Positions 12,919 through 26,013 of a stretch of 64,000 nucleotides of DNA are shown here, piece after piece. Under the pieces are notes generated by a model. The model saw only the letters and a program-made list of their open reading frames with translations, was not told the origin of the DNA and searched no databases. The stretch's first letter is position 1, and the number at the start of each line of letters is the position of its first letter. The stretch comes from Octopus sinensis (taxonomy: Eukaryota). The position numbers and the translations under genes are program-made. The stretch lies in contig NC_043017.1 in assembly GCF_006345805.1 (NCBI RefSeq), positions 26,598,001 through 26,662,000 of the forward strand. Direction: 5' to 3'.

Positions 12919-13561
12919 TCATTTGTTTCACTTACTTAGAAACAGTAACAAATTTAATTTTCAACACGCCGTTACTAATATAAAATCTTACCATGTGTAT
13001 TGTCTGATTAAATATAACAAACAAAAAAGTAACGGATAAAATAAATTTCAAAGTCAATAAGACTTAAGTTTAATTTCAATCTAGATAATGTTGGATAAAT
13101 TTAACGAGTGTCTTTAAAAGTTTTCTTTCGGATTTCTTGCAATACTTTCGTCGCAGATAATTAAATGCGACATATTTTGAAGGACACACGAGAATATTCA
13201 CTTTCAATAGTAATTGTACGTATGAGTACGTCACTATCATTTTATATACTTTGGTACAATTTACATCATTTATTCAATTAATGTACGTGAAAATGTTGTT
13301 GAAATATTCTTCTGAACCTCTTATTTCTATTTAAATAATTCTTAGAGTTTTTTTGTTTTATCTTTGCCGAACTGCTAAGTGAAACGGAAGCACATAGCCA
13401 AACATCTACTTCAACATCTATTTTTGCGTCGAGGACGAACACACGCGCATGCATATGTATATAAATACATATATATATATATATGTATATTTATATACGT
13501 ACATATAAATGTATGTATGTATGTATATATATATATATATATATATAGATATATATATAAT

Positions 13562-13618
<57 letters not shown>

Positions 13619-13654
13619 AGACACACTCATACACATCTATATATGTACACACAC

Positions 13655-13745
13655 ATGACAGGCAGTTTTCAGTTTCCGTCTATTGAATTCAATCGACGGC
13701 TTCGATCGCCTTGAAACTAAGACAGTCGCCCAAGGTGCCACGAGT
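13655..13745 (-). mobile_element. Decayed SINE A 5' fragment (3' part probably near 13360-13410)
   Basis: TTTCAGTTTCCGTCTA and GCCCAAGGTGCCACG motifs. Confidence 0.6.
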
Positions 13746-13944
13746 GTGAATATATTTGAAAGCACATACAGGAAATTCTTACATCCCACAAGAATCCGTT
13801 TAGGATGTTTATTGAATTATGTAGCCATGAAATATATAATTAGAAAAAAAACATAATTTATAAAATATTTCTGCACTTATTTACCATGTCGCTTATATAT
13901 TTCATTATAACATGTACATATTCTCTTGCTCGATATAAGACTTG

Positions 13945-14004
<60 letters not shown>

Positions 14005-14054
14005 TTCCGTCTCCAGAAACTCCAGGCCTTGTGACTATATTAATATTATTATTA

Positions 14055-14103
<49 letters not shown>

Positions 14104-14123
14104 GTTATTATTATTATTACTAT

Positions 14124-14227
14124 TCTCTTGGCATAACACCAACATGAACTTCTAGCTTGTTGTCTCTTGAGGTCTCTGGGTGAGACTTGGAGCCAGCTAG
14201 TCCAAATGTAATGCAAAAGTCAAACAT
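14124..14227 (+). mobile_element. Probable LINE 3' UTR fragment (R4/Dong-like) ending in (TAA)n
   Basis: Short complex island between (TTA)n and (TAA)n; classification inferred from context. Confidence 0.45.
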
Positions 14228-14242
14228 ATAATAATAATAATG

Positions 14243-14291
<49 letters not shown>

Positions 14292-14293
<2 letters not shown>

Positions 14294-14733
14294 CACACAG
14301 ATAGAGAAATTAAGGCCAACAGACCAGATATAGTTGTCAGAGATCATGAAGAAAAAAAATGCTTTCTAATTGATGTATCAATACCGGCAAATGACAACGT
14401 GCTTCTAAAAGAAATGGAGAAACTCTCAAAATACAAAGACCTGGAAATAGAGGTAACCAGAATGTGGAATCTAAAAACAGAAACAATTCCTATCAGAGTA
14501 GGTACATTAGGCACGATAAAAATATTCAGACAAATACATAACAAAAACACCAGGACTTACAAACACATATAACATACAGAAAATTGCACTACTAGGCACT
14601 GCACACATCATACGCAGAACACTTTCCATACAATAACCATCAGAGCATCACAAACAATCACAGCACATACCCAAGGCACACAGAACTGCACTCGGTAGTG
14701 AAGTGAAAGCACGCTATAACAATAAAACTACTG
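14292..14733 (+). mobile_element. 5'-truncated R4/Dong-clade LINE (restriction-like endonuclease domain plus 3' UTR)
   Basis: HTDREIKANRPDIVVRDHEEKKCFLIDVSIP...EKLSKYKDLEIEVTRMW (RPD..D..KxxKY RLE motif), frameshifted into IQKIALLGTAHI; inside (TAA)n. Confidence 0.9.
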
Positions 14734-14764
14734 AATAATAATAATGATGATGATGATAATATAG

Positions 14765-14964
14765 TCACAAGGCCTGGAGTTTCTGGAGAGCGGAATAGTC
14801 GATTAGATTGACTGTAGTATTCAACAGGTACTTAATTTTTCGACCCCGAAAGAATTAAAAGTAAATTCGACCTCGGTAGAGGTTGAATTCAGAACGTGTC
14901 GAACGGCGAAGTACTGCTAAGAATTTTGCCCAGCATCCTAACGATTCTGCCAGTTCATCGCCTT
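14765..14964 (-). mobile_element. Decayed SINE B
   Basis: CGACCCCGAAAG and CTAACGATTCTGCCAG motifs. Confidence 0.75.
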
Positions 14965-15410
14965 GGAAACGGTTTCAAATTTTGGCACAAAATATTCGTG
15001 ACACCTGTATCCTCTTCTTTGTTTTGTTCACATAGCGAAATATTGAAATGCTTGAGGGAGGCACACCTGCATCGTTGCGTTGCCCCTTTTGCATTGCATT
15101 CATCCATTATTTCATGGAAAGGTGCCTCGTGCCATGTTCATGTCAGAAGAGGTTAAATTAATAGCAATTTACTGTCGGCAGAAATTGCATTAGCCTATTT
15201 AAATGTATTAGAAGTAATGTGTTCTTGAAGGTGATTATGTCTATCAAAATGATGTTTACCATTTGTTGGTTTTGTGCTGGCAACTCATTATCAAAAGTTT
15301 ATGCGCTAATTCCGAGTAGAGCAACAAGGGGGCAGTATAAAGTTCGCCTACTGCAGTATTTCATGTATATCTGTTTGCATATATGTATGTATATATGCGT
15401 GTGTGTGTTT

Positions 15411-15445
<35 letters not shown>

Positions 15446-15711
15446 GAAATATGGTACAAAAAGAAAATATAAAATGCACGTGGAAATGTAAGGGTAAAAT
15501 ATGAAACATCACCGAAAATGCACATTGCAAATAAAAAAAGGTGATTTATGACAGGTAACGACAAATATATACATTTAGATTGACTGAGGTAGTAATACGA
15601 GTCATAAAAAAGTCATTATTATGAGATGATTATAAGTTGATAATAAAGTAAGAGACCATGGTTTACGCAAAGCTATTCATCGTTTATATATATACAGGCA
15701 GAGAAAATGAG

Positions 15712-15757
<46 letters not shown>

Positions 15758-16630
15758 GGAGATAAGTAGATACGTAAAAACGAGATAGATAGATGGATGG
15801 AGAGACAGACTGAAACCAATATAAGTGTTTTCAGTTGTGCATCTGCCAACTTTAGTATTTCTCCCTGATGTGCACTAAATTATCAGCAGCCATTGAAAAA
15901 GACTCAAAATTTGATTAACATGTCCAAACATAAGCTTATCGCTTTCTCGTATGGCTCTAGATTTTAAACTAATTTAGGACGTAAAATGTTATATACCTTA
16001 ATATAAAGTACATACAGCACACAGTACTGTATATCATTACTTAATTAAAACTGAACTTTCTTTGCATATTTGAGTAGATTTTCTCTGATATGCCCTGAAT
16101 ATTTTGCTGCTTGTCCTAGAAATTTAATATGAATATCTTATGATCTTCAATTATTATACACCATCCATCCTACTTATCTGATTAGTAATTTTAAATGATA
16201 TACAGAATTTAATAAAAAGCGTGTACGCTTCTCAAATTGGTGCGAATATAAACAAGATACTTTAATTTATCACATACATAACATCTGTTGAAATATTTGA
16301 TAATGTAAATGAGATGTTTTCGCACTTTAAATAATATAACTGCTGAGAGATAGAATGTAAAATATACATACATATATAATTTAATATAAAAGTATAATAA
16401 ACTTAACAGGTAATACGAATGAACAGCCGACAGGAATATGCAATTACATTTTGTATGTAGTAAACTTATAAAATCAATTTAGAACATCTAAACGTAAATA
16501 CAAGGTGTAATTGTCTCAATTAACATATCATAACATTAAATATGCTAATTCTTCTGCATAAAGTATCATGTGCTCCATTATTACATCACGATAAAATATC
16601 TTCATGCAAATATATTCATGTGATATTGTA

Positions 16631-17076
16631 GAGTGGCTGTGTGGTAAGTAGCTTGCTTACCAACCACATGGTTCCGGGTTCAGTCCCACTGCGTGGCACC
16701 TTGGGCAAGTGTCTTCTGCTATAGCCTCGGGCCGACCAAAGCCTTGTGAGTGGTTTGGTAGACGGAAAGAAGCCCGTCGTGTAATATGTATATATATAAT
16801 ATTATATCTATAATATTATATATATATACTATATATATATATTATATATATGCGTGTGTGGTTTGTGTGTCTGTGTTTGCCCCCTCCTTGCTTGACAACC
16901 GATGCTGGTGTGTTTATGTCCCCGTTACTTAGCGGTTCGGCAAAAGAGACCGATAGAATAAGTACTGGGCTCACAATAAGAATAAGTACCGGGGTCGAGT
17001 TGCTCAATTAAATTCGGTGCTCCAGCATGGCCGCAGTCAAATGACTGAAACATGTAAAAGATAAAAGATAAAAGAT
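16631..17076 (+). mobile_element. SINE family A
   Basis: Near full-length match to the other copies. Confidence 0.92.
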
Positions 17077-17079
17077 GTA

Positions 17080-17540
17080 AGATTGTAAAAATTGCAAATA
17101 AAACGTGAAAATCAGATTTGGAATTTCATTGTTTCAAATATGCTGGCATAATGCTTGCCCTCAGTTCATCTTTGGTGTTATGAGAGGTTTTGTAGGTCGT
17201 TAGTTCAACTGCGCCCCACACATGATAATCAAAGGGCTTGCACTCTGAGGAGTTCGCTGCTCATATTTTAGGAGTGATGTAGCCACAGCGTGTCATGTTA
17301 CAGAGTCCTGTTGCTAGACATAGGGTCTCCCAGTAGCAACTCGCTCTACCCATGTTAGCCACACCTCCTCTAGGCACTTAATGTAGGCCTCTGTGTTGAT
17401 TATGACGCCACGTAGAATGACAGGAGAAAACAAATAGGGGTCATGTGGCGTCTTCTATCCTTAGTCAACTTCCTCCACATATCTGTACCTTTGGTCGGTT
17501 ACACTTGAGACATATTAAATTTCGCCGGTCCCAAGAAAGT
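17080..17540 (-). mobile_element. Decayed maT (DD37D-like) Tc1/mariner transposase catalytic fragment
   Basis: Minus strand: INTEAYIKCLEEVWLTWVERVATGRPYV*QQDS and ITPKI*AANSSECKPFDYHVWGAVE, matching WQQDxAP and WPPNSPDxNPLDYxVW. Confidence 0.8.
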
Positions 17541-18019
17541 CTACGCTAACAGCACTAGCATCTTTGGAAGAAAGCAAGCGAATGAATACGAAAATGAGGG
17601 CGGAAAACACGGAGAAATATTACACAATTGCAAATAAAACAACAAAACAATATCAACAGGTGTCTTTCGACTTGAGACGAATAAAATTAAGCTGGCGAGT
17701 GTGGAGTGAAGACTTGCAGCAGAACCATGAAAGTTGAAAGACACGAGAAAGAATATAAGATATGCTACACGGATGGAAGTCGAACCAACAAAGAAAGCGG
17801 CGTACGTATATTTTTGGTCACATAAACACACACATACGCGCACGCACACAAACATATATTTATGATTCTGTGTGAAACTTCAGTCGATTTATGAGAGTGC
17901 ATATTTATTCTTACGTTTAGAGATATAGATATTGTAAAGTATATTAAACAGGGGTTTACCTTTTCTGAGTATTCAACGGTACACAGCAACAATAATCATA
18001 ATACATATCTTAACGTCGT

Positions 18020-18305
18020 GGAAGCGCAATGGTCCAGTGGTTAGGGCAGCGGACATGCAGTCGTAGGATCGCGGTTTCTATTCCCAGACAGGGTGTTGTG
18101 AGTGTTTATGGAACGAAAACACCTAGAACTCCACAATGCTCAGGCAGCGGGTGGTGGCGATCCCTGCTGTACTCTTTCGCCACAAATTTCTCTCAGTCTT
18201 TCGTCTGTTGGCCTGCTCGCTTAGCCAGCGGGGTGGCGTCATTTGAAGCGCATTGTGACCAGCGATGTGTAGCAACATCTGATAACCTGGTCGGTCACGG
18301 TGATA
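18020..18305 (+). mobile_element. SINE C head with alternative 3' module (subfamily C2)
   Basis: Family C head followed by GGCCTGCTCGCTTAGCCAGCGGGGTGGCGTCAT...GGTCGGTCAC, as in 57080-57352. Confidence 0.85.
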
Positions 18306-18435
18306 TCAACGTCATTATCAAACACTATTGTACAATAGCGAAGGGGATTAACGAAATACTGCGAAATAGAAGATATCCTCTCGATAACAAAGACTCTCAA
18401 TCTCACTGAGACGAGTTTCACAATATTAAGAAACA

Positions 18436-18859
18436 GGCGCAGGAGTGGCTGTGTGATAAGTAGCTTGTTAACAAACCACACGTTTCCGGGTTCAGTCCCA
18501 CTGCGTGGCACCATTGTCAAGTGTTTTCTCCTATAGTCTCGGGCCGACCAAAGCCTTGTGAGTGGATTTGATAGACGGAAACTGAAAGAAGCCCGCCGTA
18601 TATATGTTTATATATATATTTATATATATGCGTGTGTGTGTTTGTGTGTCTGTGTTTGTCCTCCTAGCATTGCTTGACAACCGATGCTGGTGTGTTTATG
18701 TCCTTGTAACTTAGCAGTTCGGCCAAACAGACCGATAGAATAAGTACTGGGCTTACCAAAGAATAAGTACCGGGGTCGAGTTGCTCGATGAAAGGCGGTG
18801 CTCCAGCATGGCTGCAGTCAAATGACTGAAACAAATAAAAGAATAAAAACAGAGAAAGA
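18436..18859 (+). mobile_element. SINE family A, full length
   Basis: Matches the other copies. Confidence 0.92.
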
Positions 18860-19854
18860 GTATACGTCGATTTCGGACGTTTCGGCGTGGGAGATATGTG
18901 TCATCTCATCGTGGAAATATCACCTGGGATTCAAGTTTGAATGGCGAGAAGGATTTATTTATACATACTGACAGTGCTCATTAACATCCTGACGCATATA
19001 ATTCAAATATAACGTTGCTGGAAATGCAATGTGACTATTATAGGTTGTTGAACTTATATTCAAACACAGAAAATTTTAGTATTTAGAACATATTAACATA
19101 CATGAATACACACAAGGGACATGTAGGTACAGAATCAGATAGTCATACAAAATCAAAGTCGCCTAGAGTCAGAAACTAGGAAAGAGGTATCTATATATGT
19201 ATTTCTGTATATATGTGTGTATATACATATGTACATATGTGTGTATATATGTATATATGTATATATATATAAGTGTATATATATATATATATTTGTGTAT
19301 ATATAGGTATATGTGTGTATATATATGTGCATATATATGTATGTATATATATATATATATATATGTATTTATACATATGAATATTTATATCTGCTACTGT
19401 TATTGTGTATACATATGTATATATATATTTATATATATGTTTATTACATTTGTGTTATATTGTATATATGCGAATATATATGTATATATATATATATTTA
19501 TGTATATTAATATAATCAATATTATTATGTATATATATATATTATAATATTATATAGATATATATCTATATATATATATATATATACATATATGTACATA
19601 TATATGTATGTATATGTTATATATATATGTGTGAACATAAATATTAATAAGCCATATGAAACTTTTGATTAAATATTGGTCCATGCCATGTTTAGCTTAA
19701 TCGCAGCCACCACCTGATAGGATTATCTATATATATAAATATATATATATATATATAATTTCAACAATTGAGGGCAAAATTAATTAATTATTAATCAATT
19801 TCACCAAGTGTTCAGTATGCAAAGGGACCATCAAGGCGAATTGAAATTATTACA

Positions 19855-20094
19855 TTATATAAAAGGGCTTAGTAAAAATAATACTTTGCCGCATACTGAA
19901 CTCATTAGAAATAGCAGCCAAAAAACTTCCCTAAGGCTATTTCTAATACTTTTGTGAGTTAAATTATGCAAACACTATATATGAGAGAGATTTTCTTTAA
20001 GTATTAGAAATAGCCTTAGGGAAGTTTTTTGCTGCTATTTCTAATGAGTTCATATGCGGCAAAGTAATTTATTTTACTAAGCCCTTTTATATAA
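19855..20094. repeat. Inverted repeat with arms of about 97 bp inside (TA)n
   Basis: 19855-19951 is the near-perfect reverse complement of 19999-20094; 47-bp spacer. Confidence 0.9.
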
Positions 20095-20489
20095 GTATTA
20101 TTATATATATATATAATATATTATATATATATGTGTGTGTGTGTTGTGTATGCATTAGCTAGCTTCTTTCGGTTTCCGTATGAAATTTTAACCAGACAGA
20201 TACTCCCGTATTACTTAATTTTATTTTAGATCACAGCTGGTAATTTACTAAATAGTAATTTAAAACGAGTCACGCCGATAGAAAATATGTAGAACACTGA
20301 TGATGACTTCGGGTAGAGTAACAACAACAAAAAGGAACGTGAATTTAGGTGAATTAAATGAAATGTTTTAACAGAGAACAAATTTAATTACAGTATCAAC
20401 TTGCGTAATATCTCTAATGGACATATTAATAATGTTAGTGATGGAACCGAAAGAAGGAAGGAAGGAAGGAAGAAAGGAATGCCAGCGTT

Positions 20490-20696
20490 TGGCGATATGT
20501 TTGATGGCGATGATGACGAGGACGACGAAGATGTTGATGATGATGATGGTGACGATGAGGATGGTGGTGATGGAGGTGGTAGATTTCTGGGTAGTTGTTA
20601 TGATGGTGATGATGATGATAACGACGACGATCACGATGATGATCTTGCTGATGATGATGATGATGATGATGAGGATGATGATGACGATGACGGTGA

Positions 20697-20738
<42 letters not shown>

Positions 20739-20840
20739 TGGCGATGATGATAACGCTGGACACGCCGCCGGTGCTGATGACGACGATGATGAGGGTGTGG
20801 ATGAAGATTATGACGACGATGGCGATGATTGTAACGATGA
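20490..20840. repeat. Degenerate (GAT/GAC)n microsatellite
   Basis: Visible. Confidence 0.9.
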
Positions 20841-21158
20841 GAAATTTATTGAAACCAAACATATACGATGGTAACCTACCCCTACACACATTTTTGTAAT
20901 TAAGCTTCATATTGATTTCTATTAAATCCAGTGACGCATCAAGGAAAGTCAATGTTCATTGGTTAACTGAATATTTTGCAGCGTGGCAGGATTATAAGTT
21001 AAACGAAAATAATAGCAATAATAATTGCATGCGAACCAATGACAAGGATTGAAAAATGCAGGTACCATATCAATAGACCAAATAATTGGAAACTGTTGTA
21101 CGATAGAACCAAAAATTGGAATATAACATTTTGTGGAGTAATAACTGTGCTTCAAAAT

Positions 21159-21558
21159 CTATTTCTTTACTACTCACAAAGGGCTAAACACAGAGAGGAC
21201 AAACAAGGACAGACAAACGGATTAAGGTGATTATATCGACCCCAGTGCGTATTTGGTACTTATTTAATCGACCCCGAAAGGATAAAAGTCAAAGTCGACT
21301 TCGGCGGAATTAGAACTCAGAACGTAACGGCAGACGAAATACCTATTTCTTTACTACACACAAGGGGCTAAACAAGGACAGACAAACGGATTAAGTCGAT
21401 TATATCCACCCCAGTGCGTAACCGGTACTTATTTAATCGACCCCAAAAGGATAGAAGGCAAATTCGACCTCTGCGAATTAGAACTCAGAACTTACCGGCA
21501 GACGAAATACCGCTAAGCATTTCGCCAGGCGTGCTAACGATTCTGCCAGCTCGCCGCC
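21159..21558 (-). mobile_element. SINE B tandem dimer
   Basis: Two units joined at GAAATACCTATTTC (21336-21349); probable TSD TGCTTCAA(A/T)ATCTAT at 21148 and 21571. Confidence 0.9.
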
Positions 21559-21599
21559 AATATTTGGCTCTGCTTCAATATCTATCTTAATGAAGACAG

Positions 21600-22025
21600 C
21601 AAGATGGTAGGCTGGGCCTAGCGCTCAATGGAATTTTATTCCGTCTCTACGTTCTGAGTTCAAATTGTGTTGCGGTCGACGTTGCTTTTTATCCTCTCGG
21701 TGTTGATAAAATAGCACCAGTTGAACACTGGGTTTGATGAAATCAACCTGTGCCCTGCTTCGACGTTGCTGCGCTTCTGTTAAAATTCGAAGTCGATATC
21801 TATCTCAAACAAGCAGGGAGCTGTCCGAATCGTTAGCACGCCCGGCAAAATGCTTTTCAGCATTTCGTCCGTCTTTAAATTCTGAGTTCAAATTCCGTTC
21901 AGATCGATTTTGCCTTTGACCCTTTCGTTGTCGATAAAATAATTACCAGTTGAAGACTGGGGTCGATGTAACCAACCTGCTCGTTGCCCTTAAATTACTG
22001 GCCTTGTGCCAAAATTAAAAATTAA
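21600..22025 (+). mobile_element. Two older SINE B-like copies (about 21600-21745 and 21812-22025)
   Basis: Each has TTCTGAGTTCAAATT and GATAAAAT..ACCAGTTGAA.ACTGGG. Confidence 0.7.
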
Positions 22026-22992
22026 TCCCTAAAGCTTTCGGTGTCGTTTTATATCTATCAATATAATTAATGAGTTGCAGAAATAAAAATATCACTAAGA
22101 CACAAGTTAATATGAGTTGCTTAATTGAAAGTCGAGACCGCTATGAGAATTTACATAATATTTTCAAATACATACATGTTTCAGTTTGTACACATTTTAA
22201 TGATATGATATATATAATATAATATAATATAATATAATATAATATAATATAATATATATAATATAATATAGTATAATATAAAAATGAATTCATTAAAGAG
22301 AAAAGCCTTCTCAGCCACACGCAATTATATATGTATATGTGAATATGAAGAATTTTAAACATGTATGTAAATAAATGAGTGTGTATGGATGTGCACATTT
22401 ATGTATATGGATGTTGTGTATATAGAACAGGGCATAAATAAGAACAAAGAATCATATATTTCAGGTAAATGCATATTGAATTATTTCAATACCCTTCAGC
22501 TCTGGTAATTATAGATGATATGAAAAGATTGTTCTCATCAGAAAACAGAAGTTATAACTGGGTATCCATTTGCAGATTTATTATGAGGATAATAGCAACA
22601 CATTGGTTAAGTGTATGAATTACTAGTTGTCAGAGACATTGGAAAATGATAGCTCATGTCCTCTGATGAAAGACAATGCATTCCTAAAGTGATCTGTTTC
22701 AGAAATCCCATTTATTTCTCTATTTAATTTCGAGAACGATGTGATTATTTCAAAATAATTAACATGTGGAATTACGTACATTATATATGCTTTGTAAATT
22801 CTGAAAAGGTATTTGAATTTTATAGAACGTAGGCAAATGCTACACAATTGATTTCTGTTTACATTGCTACAGCTAATGTATTAAAACAGTTGAATTGAAA
22901 TACCTCACGATCCTCTAAATCAGATACAGCCAATTTTTTTTTGAAGACATTGATTATAAATCAGGCGGGCCGCACTTCAACAATTTCAAGAT

Positions 22993-23233
22993 AATTAACT
23001 GTATGTGTGACGTTCAGAAATTCCTATTTCTTTAATACCCCCAAGGGGCTAAACACAAAGGACATAAACAAGAGCAAAGAGACGGATCAAGTCGATTATA
23101 TCGACCCCAGTGCGTAACTGGTACTTAATTTATCAACCCCGAAAGGATGAAAGGCAAAGTTAACCTCGACGGAAATTGAACTCAGAACGTAGCGGCAGAC
23201 GAAATACCGCTAAGCATTTCGCCCGGCGCGCTA
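22993..23233 (-). mobile_element. SINE B variant with a 3' extension of about 30 bp
   Basis: Nearly identical to 45860-46100, including AATTAACTGTA.GTGTGACGTTCAGAAATTCC. Confidence 0.88.
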
Positions 23234-23239
23234 AATTTG

Positions 23240-23755
23240 AAAAGTCCCATACTGCCTTCTTCCAACTGTTAAACTGTTAAACTGGAGGAGGTTCTCTAAC
23301 GATCGCGGATATTATACCTTGGAAATCCGCAGGCGTAATGGTTACCTTTCTTGGCAGAATCAATAGTCAAGTCTATTTAAGCATTTTATCTGATCAAAAT
23401 TTTCCTATTTTTGCGGAACTGAATGCACGAATTCACACAGCTAAGGTTCTTACTGAACGGCACGAGGAACATTCTAGTGAAGTTGAACATCTTATCTGGC
23501 CACCACAGTCGTCATATCTCAATGTTATTGAATATTTATGGTGCATTTTAGAAAAAAAAAAAAAAGATTCGATATCCTCCACCATCATCACTACAAGAAC
23601 TTGGGACTGTTTTAGCTGTGAATGGACAAAAATTCCTTTTGAAACACTTCAAACTTGAAATCAAGTTGTAATTAATGCCAAAGGCGGTCCTATTCCATAT
23701 TAAAATTCATTTGTTTGAAATATTAAGGTGTTTCCATTATTTTGTACAACCCCTG
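23240..23755 (+). mobile_element. Tc1 (DD34E) transposon 3' relic with TIR
   Basis: CLLPTVK..GGGS, GRINSQVYLSIL, NARIHTAK, WPPQSSYLNVIEYLW; ends CAACCCCTG followed by TA at 23756-57. Confidence 0.88.
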
Positions 23756-23821
23756 TATGTATGTGTGTGTGTGCATTCGTGTGTGCATGTAATCAACTCT
23801 ATGCGTGTGTATATGAGTGTG

Positions 23822-24013
23822 TGTATTTATGTCTGTGTTTTTCCCCTCATTACAACTTGACAACCGGCGTTGTTGCTGTTACATCCCCGTAAACCTGCGG
23901 TTCGGCAAAATATCTCGATAGAAGTACTAGCCTTCTAAACAAAAATTCCGCTACAAGAACCGCCTCAAGCCAGAGCCCCAGCATGGCTGCAGTGAAATTG
24001 CAGAAACTAGTAA
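23822..24013 (+). mobile_element. Decayed SINE A 3' half
   Basis: CTTGACAACCG, GCGGTTCGGCAAAA and CCAGCATGGCTGCAGT motifs. Confidence 0.7.
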
Positions 24014-24289
24014 ATGATCGTCTTGCAATATCTGAACGTTCCGTTATTTGTATAATTCCTTTTATGAAGCACCGACACTTGTAACTGTTATGGGTTTGTA
24101 GTGGAAACAATCACTTTATATATTTACAACTTACTGCATCATTGATTTCCCGAAAAAAACGTAGTTTTGAACATTTTTTTTCAAATGAAACGCAAGGAAA
24201 GAATATAATAATTTCAAATATCATCAAATTGAATGGTTTTAGCACTGTGTATTCTTTAGTGGGAAGCAAAACTTTCGACGTGTTCAATA

Positions 24290-24660
24290 GATAAATTAAG
24301 TACCTGTTACGTACTGGGGTTGATATAATCGACTTAATCCGTTTGTCTGTCCTTGTTTGTCCCCACTTTGTTTAGCCCCTTGTGGGTAGAAAAGAAATAG
24401 GTATTTCGTCTGCCGCTACGTTCTGAGTTCAAATTCCACCGAGGTCGACTTTGCCTTTCATCATTTCGGGGTCGATAAATTAAGTACCTCTTACGCACTG
24501 TGGTCGATATAATCGACTTAATCCATTTGTCTGTCATTGTTTTTCCCCTTTGTGCTTAGCCCCTTGAGGGTAGTAAAGAAATAGTTAGTTCGTCTGCCGC
24601 TACGTTCTGAGTTCAAATTCTGCCGAGGTCAACTTTGCCCTCCATCCTTTCAGGGTCGAT
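24290..24660 (+). mobile_element. Circularly permuted, head-less SINE B dimer between direct repeats of about 107 bp
   Basis: Same register at 24290, 24474 and 24658 (184-bp period); flanks 24184-24290 and 24674-24778 are duplicates. Confidence 0.85.
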
Positions 24661-24894
24661 TAATATTTTTTGGAATGAAACGCAAGGAAACAAAATAATA
24701 ATTTCAAATATCATCAAATTTAATGGTTTTTACACTGTATTCTTCAGTGGGAAGCAAAACTTTCAACTTGTTCAATAGGGTGGTTGAAAATTGAAATAGG
24801 AATATGTAGGTGTATGGTCCATCCCATTAAGAGATTGAACAAGGAACATTTTTCGGTAATAACAAATTCTACATCGAAAAGGTTAATGTCTCTC

Positions 24895-24992
24895 ACATAT
24901 GGAAAAATAGATCTGGGAATCCCCGATAGATCATCAGGACAATGAAAGTCAAAATAATCGTATCGTTCGCATTTGTCTTTGAGTAATTTCAT
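24895..24992 (-). mobile_element. Possible PLE reverse transcriptase thumb remnant
   Basis: DKCERYDYFDFHCPDDLSGIP loosely resembles the PLE motif YDKRDDFxFxIxxFPxLxSNIP. Confidence 0.3.
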
Positions 24993-25333
24993 GCTTCCAA
25001 CATTTTAGTAAATTTTTATCACCATTAATAACGGGGTTGAACTACTTCTAAATCTAATTGCATATAAATCGTAATAAGTGGCAGTTCTGCATATTGCATG
25101 CTATGGGTTAAACGATACAGTGAAACTTTATGGTCTAAGATGAACGTTTCCTAATACAGTAGGGTGTAGAAATATTTCCTCTCTAGATTATCTGTCATGA
25201 CGCTATGCCATTTATAATTGATGAGATGATTCCACAGAGATTCCGAGAAGCACAGAGAACTGCACACAAACCTATACACACACACACATACACACACACA
25301 CATACACACACAGACACACACACACACACACAC

Positions 25334-25381
<48 letters not shown>

Positions 25382-25880
25382 ACGCACATACGCAAACACA
25401 CATACACAAATATTTATTTACTAATATAAACACCTACGTTTATTTATTCACAGAAACTCTAAATGACACCAATGCTTTTAGAGTATACAGCACCTATCAT
25501 CTGATAAGCACTCTGAAATCATTTGTTTTTATTTATTGTCTCCTCCCAGCATGATCTCCTTTCTAACCAGACTTCTATCGACCATTCAATTTAATCTGTC
25601 TATTCTGAGTTTTGAATTTATTCCGCTTTGTACCTTAAAAAAACAAACAAACAAAAAAACAAAGAAACTGAAAAACAAGAACAAAAATTAAAAACGGAAA
25701 AATATCATAAAAAACATATTTCATTCAGATTTCTAACAAAATATAAAACCCATTTTGCACACCACGCTGCGTATTGGAAAAAAAAAACCCCGAATTAAAA
25801 CACTGTTTTCACTGCTTGAAAGTGTCGTTAGGTCAATCTTGTACCGTTCGACATGACATCCACGCTCAGATACGTACAAG

Positions 25881-25975
<95 letters not shown>

Positions 25976-26013
25976 ATCTATCTATCTATCTATCTGCCTG
26001 TGTTTTCGTGTCT

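Noticed and set aside
15037-15120. Possible exon after a pyrimidine tract ending CATAG
   Set aside because: Weak donor (AG/GTGCCT), unrecognised peptide and no partner exons; needs RNA-seq
20368-20952. Asp-rich 157-aa and hydrophobic 194-aa ORFs
   Set aside because: Degenerate (GAT)n repeat that is open in several frames; no domain or splice support
22662-22710. CTGATGA as a hammerhead core
   Set aside because: No convincing stem II or stem I around it
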